This document shows, piece by piece, positions 28,421-37,094 of a DNA stretch of 64,000 nucleotides. Numbering within the stretch: position 1 is the first letter of the stretch; each line of letters starts with the position of its first letter. The position numbers and the translations under genes were made by a program. Source of the stretch: a virus; IMG/VR virus record IMGVR_UViG_3300032326_001134, positions 1 to 64,000 of that record, one strand, 5' to 3'. The notes below the pieces were generated by a model, which was given only the letters and a program-made list of their open reading frames with translations, ran no database searches and was not told where the DNA came from.

Positions 28421-29152
28421 TAGTTATTATCCCCTGTCTTGATAGTCATTACATTAGCAGAAAACTTTACTTTCTTCGCTAGGTCGCTAGCATTAAGAGA
28501 GTCGATTAGGTGGTCAATAGCCTTCATCTCGTGGGCTACATTGTCGATACTTAGTAGGCGAGAGCCTTGCCATATTGAGTAAGTGATAGTCATTATCTGT
28601 TCTTCTTTCGTTAGTAGTTATAGTAGGAATTGTAGCGCATAGCGCCGACATTGTATAGCGACACGCCCTAGGGCTAAGTGTTATCTGTATCACATTAGAT
28701 ACAGTTAATACACTCGCAACCCTTAGAGGATAGGAGGACACGCAATAGAGCCTTGCGTGTATAGGTATCTAAACCATACGAGGACTTTACACCACCATTG
28801 TGGAAGTCGTGCACGATAGTGCTGTATAGTGTTTCATTTAGTGTAGTCATTGTAGACCACCTTTCTTAGTAAGACTTTCTTACTTTCTTTATACTATAAG
28901 CCTAGCAGGGGGGACTGACAAAAAGGGGGGTTACTGGCGAGTATTCTAAAAGTATTTTTGTGATATAGGACACACTCACGCTCAAGGACATCTATCTATG
29001 GTCGCACTATTAGACAAATCGGACATTTTTTAGGGTGTGTATCATACAAATAAAATCTCTATTAACATTTTATGAAATCTGATATTGTAGTCGACTAGGA
29101 TTAATAGTATACTTTAGATATAAAAAGCGGGGGATCCCGAATATATAAATAT

Positions 29153-29228
29153 GTTTCTATAGCTCAGTGGATAGAGCGAATGCCTTCTAAGCATTAGGTC
29201 ATAGGTTCAAATCCTATTAGGAACACCA
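29153..29228 (+). tRNA. tRNA-Arg (TCT) with encoded CCA
   Basis: GTTTCTA/TAGGAAC acceptor stem, AATGC-CTTCTAA-GCATT anticodon arm, TTCAAAT T loop, ACCA end. Confidence 0.93.
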
Positions 29229-29529
29229 TATAATCTTAGTTGACTAGAATAATATGATCATATATATAAAAAACGGGGGGACAAATAACTCCAGCAGCAA
29301 TTGGCGTAGCAATTCTTCAGAAATAATAGCGAAGCGCTATATAGTGAAGTAATTCTACGTAGTATATAGATACTATGTCCAGATACTGCTATATAGGTCG
29401 TATATGGTCTATATAGAAATATGGGATATATCCGATTCCGCCCCCATATTTATAATATATTATATCTGCCCATTTGGGCTATATGCAAAAGGGTGCTTCT
29501 ACTTTCGACGCACTTTTTTTCGCACTTAT

Positions 29530-30195
29530 TTAGGATGGTTTGGCTATAAAGTTTTTAAATCTACACCATTGAGATATGGTATATCTTACTCCACTTGTTA
29601 TTGGAGCTACGCCATGCACGTAATGTAGGTTTCCAGGAAATAAAACAACTGAACCCTTTTTTGGCTTAAAGCCATAATCTAATTCTGGGAAGTATAACTC
29701 TCCGCCTTCAAAATCATCATTAAGATATCCAAGTATTGATAGGTGTCCGCTCCACAAATAAGGAAACTGGGCTATTTGATCGTCAAAACTAGAATCTTCA
29801 TAATTTGGGTCATCTATATCTAGAATATCTGTATGTGGGTCTATATACGTTCCAGTTGGATGAGTTATGTATAAAAATGCTTTATCTTTTACTAACGGCT
29901 GTTTATATAGATCTTCTCCTAGGGCTACTAGCTTGTCCCCCATAACTTTTCCAAACATCCATTCTTCTTTTGATGCTAAATGATTTGGTATTTGCTGCAA
30001 AGAGTAGGAGTGTGTCGCTTCTTGATTTGGCTCATACTTTTTCAAAAAAGATAACGCCGTAAGCATTTCATCCTCAGATAAAAAATTTTCTATTGTTTTA
30101 ATATTATCAAGGCCAGTTCCTATAACCTCTGTTATGTTGTCTATTCTCAACAGATCTTTTCTAGGAAAGTAGTTGTCTGGGGTTAGTGGGTGCAT
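29530..30195 (-). CDS. 2OG-Fe(II) oxygenase, prolyl-4-hydroxylase-like
   Basis: HTD...YLNDDFEGGEL.F...HGV...G.RY. Confidence 0.88.
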   Translation of the reverse strand: MHPLTPDNYFPRKDLLRIDNITEVIGTGLDNIKTIENFLSEDEMLTALSFLKKYEPNQEATHSYSLQQIPNHLASKEEWMFGKVMGDKLVALGEDLYKQPLVKDKAFLYITHPTGTYIDPHTDILDIDDPNYEDSSFDDQIAQFPYLWSGHLSILGYLNDDFEGGELYFPELDYGFKPKKGSVVLFPGNLHYVHGVAPITSGVRYTISQWCRFKNFIAKPS

Positions 30196-30230
30196 GTTTA
30201 CATTATAGCATTATTTGCTATAATTGAATA

Positions 30231-30845
30231 GTGCAGCATAAAGACTACGTAGAATTTATACCCTTATCCAACCATGTAATAAAAAATGCAAAATTATATG
30301 CAGACAGGATGTCTTACCTTAAAGACCAAAATCCAATAGACTCCTATTTAGAAATTGGGGCCTTGGCTGGGCTTTATACAGACATGGTAATAGACACCCT
30401 TTCCCCAAAAGATATTACTATAGTAGATCATTTTATGGAAGATGACTGGGACCAAATAAACGATAGAAGGTTTACAAAAGAGTCTCATTACTCCTTTGTT
30501 AAGGATAAATATAAAGACAATAAAAATATTGAAATTATTAAAAAATTTATTCGTACCGAGGATGCCGAGTTAATCTCAAACGGCAAAACCTATGATTATA
30601 TTTATATAGATGCAAACCACGATCTTGATTTTGTAAATTACTGTTTAGATTTTGCTGTTAGTCACCTAAATAGGGGTGGGGTTATAGGGTTTAATGATTA
30701 CATGGTTTATGATCATTTTACTAAAGAATACTATGGAGTTGTTTCGGCAGTAAATAAATTTTTATCACAAAATCCTAATTGGACAGTTAGTGCGTATGTA
30801 GTTGGTCCTGTTATGCATTCCGACATATACATAAAAATGCTATAA
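30231..30845 (+). CDS. Class I SAM-dependent methyltransferase
   Basis: LEIGALAG, YDYIYIDANH, GGVIGFND. Confidence 0.85.
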   Translation: MQHKDYVEFIPLSNHVIKNAKLYADRMSYLKDQNPIDSYLEIGALAGLYTDMVIDTLSPKDITIVDHFMEDDWDQINDRRFTKESHYSFVKDKYKDNKNIEIIKKFIRTEDAELISNGKTYDYIYIDANHDLDFVNYCLDFAVSHLNRGGVIGFNDYMVYDHFTKEYYGVVSAVNKFLSQNPNWTVSAYVVGPVMHSDIYIKML

Positions 30846-30855
30846 TTAACAAAAA

Positions 30856-30928
30856 TGGTCCATAGCTCAATCGGCAGAGCATTGAGCTGTTAACTCAAGG
30901 GTTCCTGGTTCGAGTCCAGGTGGACCAG
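30856..30928 (+). tRNA. tRNA-Asn (GTT)
   Basis: TGGTCCA/TGGACCA acceptor stem, TTGAG-CTGTTAA-CTCAA anticodon arm, TTCGAGT T loop. Confidence 0.93.
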
Positions 30929-30939
30929 CTTATAAAAGG

Positions 30940-31632
30940 ATGCTTATGAAAAAAAATAGTCAAGTAGAGGATGTAAAGTCTAAGTTAAGTTTACACGACG
31001 ATGTAGACTTTAACGAAGAAGGATCTTGGCCAAAACCTTTAGTTTGCATAAAAAATTTTCCTAGGTCTGGGACAACTTATTTAAGGCAAAATCTAACAAC
31101 AAACAATTTTTTGGTTATTAAGAAAAAATGGGACGTTGAAAGAAATATTAATCAGCCTAGTCCAGTTACTATTTTAAGAAACCCAAAAGACTGCATTGTA
31201 TCCAACATAGTGATGTCTCAATTAAAGGGTAAGGACAAAGATCTTCTTTCTAGGGGTTTTATTGGACAAACAAAACAATATAGCTCGTTTCTCGATTCGC
31301 TGCTACTTGATATTGATAATAGGACAACCTATACTTTTGATCAACTAGAAAATAATCCAAAAGGGCTTCTTGAAAGCATCAGTGAAATTTATTCTTTGGG
31401 ATTAATAGAAAATTTTGTTTTTTCAAATCAAATGCCACCTGAAAAATATGTATTGAATTACAGAACCGATGAAATTGATTTATTTTTACCAAGCTCCAAG
31501 ACAGAAAAAGGCTATAACGATGTTTTAGATTTATTTGAACAAGCGGTAGATTTGTCAGATGTAAATAAAAAATACGAAGACCTAAAGGGCATAATTTTAA
31601 ACAAGCAAAAGACTTCTGGATTTAGGGTTTGA
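30940..31632 (+). CDS. Sulfotransferase-like protein
   Basis: FPRSGTTYL (5'-PSB) and ILRNPKDCIVS (3'-PB). Confidence 0.7.
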   Translation: MLMKKNSQVEDVKSKLSLHDDVDFNEEGSWPKPLVCIKNFPRSGTTYLRQNLTTNNFLVIKKKWDVERNINQPSPVTILRNPKDCIVSNIVMSQLKGKDKDLLSRGFIGQTKQYSSFLDSLLLDIDNRTTYTFDQLENNPKGLLESISEIYSLGLIENFVFSNQMPPEKYVLNYRTDEIDLFLPSSKTEKGYNDVLDLFEQAVDLSDVNKKYEDLKGIILNKQKTSGFRV

Positions 31633-31821
31633 CAGATAAATTTATGTAATGTTATACTAACAACGGTTTCGGGGGGTTACACTAAGGAACTCAAATGTAC
31701 CAGATGTAATTTCCCTCCCTATCTTTCTAAGAAGATTTTTAAACTTAGGGGGGAGGGGGGGTTTCCTAAAAAATCTAAATACCCAGATATACATTAAAAG
31801 AATATAATATATAATAGTATT

Positions 31822-32103
31822 ATGAAGTCTGAAAAGACTAGCATAGCTAAACAAAAAGCTTACCTAGCCAGATATATTCAGGAATTAAAATCTAATACTC
31901 CATGTATGGATTGTAAAGAAAGTTTTCCCTATTACGTAATGGATTTTGATCATGTCCGTGGGCGTAAGCAAAAAAATGTTTCAGAATTAATAGTTACCCT
32001 ATCTAAAAAGAAAATAGATTTAGAAATAGCTAAATGCGAGATTGTTTGTTCTAATTGTCATAGGGTCAGAACTCACCAGAGAAAAATTAATAAGTCTAAG
32101 TAG
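31822..32103 (+). CDS. HNH endonuclease
   Basis: CMDC...DFDH...C.IVCSNCHR.R. Confidence 0.85.
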   Translation: MKSEKTSIAKQKAYLARYIQELKSNTPCMDCKESFPYYVMDFDHVRGRKQKNVSELIVTLSKKKIDLEIAKCEIVCSNCHRVRTHQRKINKSK

Positions 32104-32446
32104 TATTCTAGTCAACTAAAACAATAAATAAATTGCTGTAAGCCCTTTTAAGGCACTTTGCAGGTATGTGTATGGCTAGATGGCTAAAAACGTCTTAGAG
32201 GCCCTATAGAGCAATTTGTAGGCATATCCATATAATGTTATCTATCTATCTTTAATGCGAAATAGTTTTCTTACAAATGTATTTATTTTATTATTATGTA
32301 TTTTAAATTCAAGTGAACCTGGGTCATAGTTAGAAGCAGTAAAATGATACCAATTTCCAGCATTTTGTTCACTGCTACCAGTAAATTTAGCAAAGTATCT
32401 TGGGCTCATATATTAATTATACACCTATTTAAACAAACAAACAGAA

Positions 32447-32476
32447 AACCCAATCAGAGGCGGATCCGATTGGGTT
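32447..32476. terminator. Hairpin between convergent transcription units
   Basis: aacccaatc...gattgggtt inverted repeat. Confidence 0.55.
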
Positions 32477-32559
32477 CTGGCATCTAAAGATGCAGTTGTA
32501 TTAGGAGCATAAATGCTTCGACTAGTACTGTATTATTATAAAATAACTTACTATTAAAG

Positions 32560-33981
32560 TCAAGGAAGGATTATTTTTGCCCGTAATGGTTTTTCTACAC
32601 GATAGGTAACTCTATCTAGACCCCTTGGCATTCTTCCATATGTTTTAATTCTAAATTGACTAGACATGCATAATAAAATAATTTTCATTTCAATCATTGC
32701 AAATTGATCACCAATACATTTTCTACTTCCTTCCCCAAATGGGAAATACGCACCCAACGGCAAAGACTTTTCAAACCCATTATTCCATCTATCTGGATTA
32801 AATTTTTCTGGGTCTTTGTATATTTCTGGGTCCCTGTGTGTCGCATACGGGCTAACAACAACAAATGAATTTTTTGGAATTAAAATGTCATCAATAACTA
32901 CATCTTCTTTTGACATTCTAGGCAAGCTCCAAATTGGAGGACAAAGCCTTAATGTTTCTTTTAGTATGCTAGAGCAGACTGGTGCGTCCATAATCTTTTT
33001 AAGAAGATCCTCCTCAGAGCAATTAGAATTGAATATATCTGAAGATTCATTTAATAGCTTTTGATATTCTTTTGGGTTTTGATTTAAATAAGCAAGCGCC
33101 CAGACCAAAGTGTTTGAAGTTGATTCAAAGCCAGCTAAAATAATTGTTATCATTTCATCTAAGACCTGATGTTTAGACATTTTGTTTCCATCTTCGTCAG
33201 TGCTGTTTATATAAATAGAAAGCAGATCGTCCCCATCTAAACTTGATTTAATTTTTTCTTCATAAACATTTTCAACAAATTCATATAAATAAACAGTAGA
33301 GTCTAAAAACTTTTTAAAATATGGCAAATTAAAATTTTCAAATCTTGCTAAAGATGGATCTTGAGTTCTATTCATAGCATCTTGAGAAATAGACACGTTT
33401 CTTTTTACAGTTTCTGAATTTTGTTTTATGTCGACCCCAAAAATACATTTCATAATAATATCTAAAGCCAAAGAATTAATTTGAGACCTTACTTCAATTT
33501 CTAGATCTATTTCTTTCATTTCTTTTATACTTTTATTAGTAATGCTAAGCATTGTAGAAGACATATTTTTTAATTTTTTGTGATCAAAACTTGACATTGT
33601 CATTCTTCTAAAAACAAAATGATCTGGATCTTCGCTCACCAGCAATCCGTTTCCAAGAAGTTTTCTAGGTCTTCCCCAAAGAGGACCTTTTATAAAAGAT
33701 TTTTGTTTTAAAGCCAATACATCCCAAACGCCTTTTGGAGAAAACACATATGTAACTAAATATTGACCATGGTAAGTAGAAAATATTTTTCCGTAATTTA
33801 ACATATTTTTAACAAGAATTTTTGCGCTATTAAAAAAAAATGAATAATAATTGCTTAATATAAAAGTAATTTTAATATTTATATTTTTCTTTTTTACTTG
33901 TTTTTTAGTAATAGGGATTAATGTAGGATCAAACCATTTAGAGTTGGGCCTAAAGAAGGGATACATTTCCTTTTTTAGCAT
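32560..33981 (-). CDS. Cytochrome P450
   Basis: AGFEST I-helix, ETLR (ExxR), PDRW (PERF-like), PFGEGSRKCIG heme-thiolate motif. Confidence 0.95.
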   Translation of the reverse strand: MLKKEMYPFFRPNSKWFDPTLIPITKKQVKKKNINIKITFILSNYYSFFFNSAKILVKNMLNYGKIFSTYHGQYLVTYVFSPKGVWDVLALKQKSFIKGPLWGRPRKLLGNGLLVSEDPDHFVFRRMTMSSFDHKKLKNMSSTMLSITNKSIKEMKEIDLEIEVRSQINSLALDIIMKCIFGVDIKQNSETVKRNVSISQDAMNRTQDPSLARFENFNLPYFKKFLDSTVYLYEFVENVYEEKIKSSLDGDDLLSIYINSTDEDGNKMSKHQVLDEMITIILAGFESTSNTLVWALAYLNQNPKEYQKLLNESSDIFNSNCSEEDLLKKIMDAPVCSSILKETLRLCPPIWSLPRMSKEDVVIDDILIPKNSFVVVSPYATHRDPEIYKDPEKFNPDRWNNGFEKSLPLGAYFPFGEGSRKCIGDQFAMIEMKIILLCMSSQFRIKTYGRMPRGLDRVTYRVEKPLRAKIILP

Positions 33982-35063
33982 TCAAAAACCCCACCATTGC
34001 TCATTATAAAATCATACAACTCAAAATCATGCTGGTTCAATTCTATGATTCTATTTATTTGATCTTTTGTTAAAATTTTTCTAACTTCCGCAGCGGTAAA
34101 ATCTGATTTATTTTTTACAACGTTCCCTAAGTCGGCCACATAATCTTTTTTTACTAAAAGATTAGATGCTTTATTTAAAAACAAATTTCTGTTTTCCACA
34201 GAGCCTATAAGGCTAAAATTATTTAAGCTTTCTTTCCAAAAAGACTCTTTGCCATTTAAATCCATAAAATTATAATTAAAAACTTGAGCAGCAATAAGCT
34301 CAAATCTTGTAATCTTCCCATCCATATATTTATCGACCCAAGAGCAAGATTCTTTTGTCTTTAAATCTGAAGTTATTGTTTTTGTTTGATAATTAGCAAT
34401 GTTGCCTATATTTGTTTCGTCAGATAGAAAGCTGTCAAAATTTTTACTAGTTAAGTTTTTTGTCTTAAATCCAAAGAATGAGTCAGACACCTTGTACCTA
34501 AAATTAAAATAGCTAATTGCTCTATCTATTGGATCCCTAACTATTGTTAATCCGTTTATTTTTTTATTATTTTTTTTATATAAAAAAAACGGGTGCATTG
34601 CAAAGTGACCAGAAATTAACTTTGAATTTAGCATATCGTTTTCATTAACATAATGCATTGTATTCATAAAATTTTGTTCATCTGCAAAAACACTTTTAAG
34701 CTCAGACAATACTGATATACCAGAAGTTTTTGGAATGTGTAAAAAATAAAAACTTTCTCTATTAGAAGCAAAATCTGTATTTATTTTTTTTATAAAATTT
34801 CCACCTTTAATTTTCATTCCATGCTCTAAATCACTAAACTTTAGGTGTCCAGTATATGATGAATTTACAAATCCACTAGTGTAAGATTCGTTTTGATAAA
34901 TACTTTCAATCTCAAAAATATGATTTTCTGGATAAGATATTCCATTAACATAATTAGTCAATTTTTTCTTCCTCTGACGAATACGAAGGGGCTGGACCAA
35001 GTAAAAAACCTTGGTCGTGATACTCAACCATCTTAGATGTCTTATCAGATCCAACAATTTCAT
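33975..35063 (-). CDS. Sulfotransferase family 2-like protein
   Basis: FLHIPKTSG.S, SGHF, T.VRDPIDRAIS.F, N..D..LY. Confidence 0.8.
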   Translation of the reverse strand: MKLLDLIRHLRWLSITTKVFYLVQPLRIRQRKKKLTNYVNGISYPENHIFEIESIYQNESYTSGFVNSSYTGHLKFSDLEHGMKIKGGNFIKKINTDFASNRESFYFLHIPKTSGISVLSELKSVFADEQNFMNTMHYVNENDMLNSKLISGHFAMHPFFLYKKNNKKINGLTIVRDPIDRAISYFNFRYKVSDSFFGFKTKNLTSKNFDSFLSDETNIGNIANYQTKTITSDLKTKESCSWVDKYMDGKITRFELIAAQVFNYNFMDLNGKESFWKESLNNFSLIGSVENRNLFLNKASNLLVKKDYVADLGNVVKNKSDFTAAEVRKILTKDQINRIIELNQHDFELYDFIMSNGGVFEC

Positions 35064-35163
35064 TTGAAATTAAACTTAGCAAATCATAAATTCTGTGAAG
35101 CATTATATAATTTACCATAGGAAGATTATCTTCTATATTTTGACTATCTTGATTTTCAGTCAT
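34954..35163 (-). CDS. Hypothetical phage protein
   Basis: Coupled to the upstream gene; its overlap with the sulfotransferase ORF implies the latter starts later. Confidence 0.6.
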   Translation of the reverse strand: MTENQDSQNIEDNLPMVNYIMLHRIYDLLSLISNEIVGSDKTSKMVEYHDQGFLLGPAPSYSSEEEKID

Positions 35164-35374
35164 TTTTTACCCCTTTAACTATAGAAACAATTTTATCATA
35201 ATATGAAGTTCCTATAAAATTTTTGTAATTACAAGAAAGGCAATATAAATATATTTCATCATTTAAATTTAAATTACAAAGAAGAGAGCCTTGATCCATA
35301 GGACATTCAAGTCTTGGAACAAGGCCCTCCTCAGATAAAGCTATATATTTAGATACGTATTGTATCCGCAGCAA
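35156..35374 (-). CDS. Small zinc-ribbon protein
   Basis: CPMD...CLSC. Confidence 0.6.
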   Translation of the reverse strand: MLRIQYVSKYIALSEEGLVPRLECPMDQGSLLCNLNLNDEIYLYCLSCNYKNFIGTSYYDKIVSIVKGVKND

Positions 35375-35384
35375 ATTTTGCTCC

Positions 35385-35942
35385 TTAAGCTTTAGGGAAT
35401 TGGGTTAACAATTCCTTGGCTTTACCTATTGAGTTAGGCCAAGATGACCAATCGATTCCGCCTTTGGTCATATGATACGTTATCTCTGCATTTGTTACTG
35501 GATCAAATAGTTCCTTATTTGAAACTAAATTAAATTTTTCTTGTCTGTCTATGCCAAGTTCCCCAAGCATATTGATTTGAAAAATTCCATAAGATTTGTC
35601 TCCAGTTGATCTATTGTCGTTTAAAGCCATTGGTCTCCCGTTTGACTCTACACGAGCAACAGCCCAAGCTGTTTTTAAAGCCATTCCTTCAAAACCAACA
35701 GCCCATAAAAGATCTTTTAGGTCCTCAGCTGCAAGCATTTCAGAATGCTTATAAGTGTCATTGCTGAACTTATTTAGTATTTCTCTTTTTAGTTGTATTT
35801 CGGTTTTTTCTGTTTTTACTTCTAAAGCCTGAGTAGCAGTTGGTCCAGGCTGGACGGAAAATAGAAATAATGTTATTATTGCTATTGCGGCCCAGTTATG
35901 TACAACATCACTAAGTCTTTGTTTTACTTTCTCCATTGGCAT
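35385..35942 (-). CDS. Lysozyme-like / lytic transglycosylase protein with N-terminal TM
   Basis: A..ES.G, SYGIFQIN, DP..NA, WSSW; GGAGG RBS; TTGACA..TATTAT promoter. Confidence 0.85.
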   Translation of the reverse strand: MPMEKVKQRLSDVVHNWAAIAIITLFLFSVQPGPTATQALEVKTEKTEIQLKREILNKFSNDTYKHSEMLAAEDLKDLLWAVGFEGMALKTAWAVARVESNGRPMALNDNRSTGDKSYGIFQINMLGELGIDRQEKFNLVSNKELFDPVTNAEITYHMTKGGIDWSSWPNSIGKAKELLTQFPKA

Positions 35943-36021
35943 TTCCTCCTTTAGAGATAACGAACTATAATAATACCATTGTAATTGAAGCAGTGTCAAG
36001 CCAGTCAACTAGAAAGATTAT

Positions 36022-37011
36022 ATGAATATATCATTCTCTACAGTAATTGCTAACCTAAGAACTAAAAACGGATACGGTTATGCCTCAGAGAATATAATAA
36101 AATCATTAAATAACTTAGGACACTTTGTTCCATTTCAAGACCCAAAGTCTAAAGTACAATTAAACTTTTCACAGCCATCACATTTTAAATTACATAAAAA
36201 TCAGTATCAGATTAGCTATACCCCATGGGAGTCAACTGTAATTCCAAATGAGTGGAAGCACTATATGGATTCATGCGACGAGATATGGACAACATCAGAC
36301 TGGTGTGCAAATGTTTTCGAAGATAACGGATACAAAGTTTCAAACGTATACCCGCATGGCATAGATCCAGTTTGGAAACCTTATAAAAGACCAGATGACG
36401 GAGTCATAAAGTTTTTACACATAGGAGAACCAGCACCAAGAAAAGCAGGCCAAATGGTTGTCGATGCTTTTGTTACATTGTTTGCAAATAACCCAAATTA
36501 TTCTTTAACAATAAAAGCTGATCAAATTAATACAACAAGAATTTTTAACAACTACATAGATAAAAACATAATAGGCTCTCCTGAAAAAATATATTCAAAC
36601 ATTAATTTAGTTACAGATGTTTTAAGTATTGAAGAGTTAGTTAATCTATATCACTCTCACAATGTTTTGGTCTATCCAAGTTATGGAGAAGGATTTGGGT
36701 TTATACCATTACAAGCTCTTGCAACTGGAATGCCTACAATATCAACTGGAAAATGGGCACACTATAAAAAATATTTAGGACCATTAGAGTTAAAATCAGA
36801 AACAATAGATTCTCCTTGGCCATTTCCACATAGTGGAAAAGTTTTTGAACCAAACTATAAACATCTACTTGAGCTAATGAGAGATATCTCTTTAAACTTT
36901 AAACCTTATTCAAGTTACTACTATACTCAGTCAACTAATATTCATAAAGAGTATAATTGGGATCAGTTGACTAAGAATGCATTTGAAAGAGTTGTTAAAA
37001 AATTCTCTTAA
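36022..37011 (+). CDS. GT-B (GT4-like) glycosyltransferase
   Basis: PHGID, RKAG, PSYGEGFGFIPLQALATGMP. Confidence 0.88.
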   Translation: MNISFSTVIANLRTKNGYGYASENIIKSLNNLGHFVPFQDPKSKVQLNFSQPSHFKLHKNQYQISYTPWESTVIPNEWKHYMDSCDEIWTTSDWCANVFEDNGYKVSNVYPHGIDPVWKPYKRPDDGVIKFLHIGEPAPRKAGQMVVDAFVTLFANNPNYSLTIKADQINTTRIFNNYIDKNIIGSPEKIYSNINLVTDVLSIEELVNLYHSHNVLVYPSYGEGFGFIPLQALATGMPTISTGKWAHYKKYLGPLELKSETIDSPWPFPHSGKVFEPNYKHLLELMRDISLNFKPYSSYYYTQSTNIHKEYNWDQLTKNAFERVVKKFS

Positions 37012-37094
37012 GGTCTTCCCTCTATAAATAACATTTGATACAATTAGACTTCAATCAAATTTAATTTATCTGCTAGGCGGAGGAAAAGGTCTAT

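Larger units (their letters stand above)
20343..28920 (-). promoter_or_regulatory. Eleven copies of a promoter-like motif TGTC(A/G)G-N10-TANNNT on the minus strand
   Basis: Copies at 20343-64, 21781-802, 23574-95, 24821-42, 25735-56, 25949-70, 26529-50, 27315-36, 27711-32, 28629-50 and 28899-920; spacer always 10 nt; most lie just upstream of an RBS or start codon. Confidence 0.85.
21830..28974. promoter_or_regulatory. Nine CRP/FNR-like palindromic boxes (TGTGA-N6-TCACA and one-mismatch variants)
   Basis: 21830-45, 23623-38, 24881-96 (perfect), 25999-26014 (perfect), 26588-603, 27782-97, 27859-74, 28679-94, 28959-74. Confidence 0.8.

Noticed and set aside
20343-28974. CRISPR array or mini-array
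   Set aside because: The repeats are short motifs separated by whole genes at irregular distances, not 25-45 bp repeats with uniform spacers; no cas genes.
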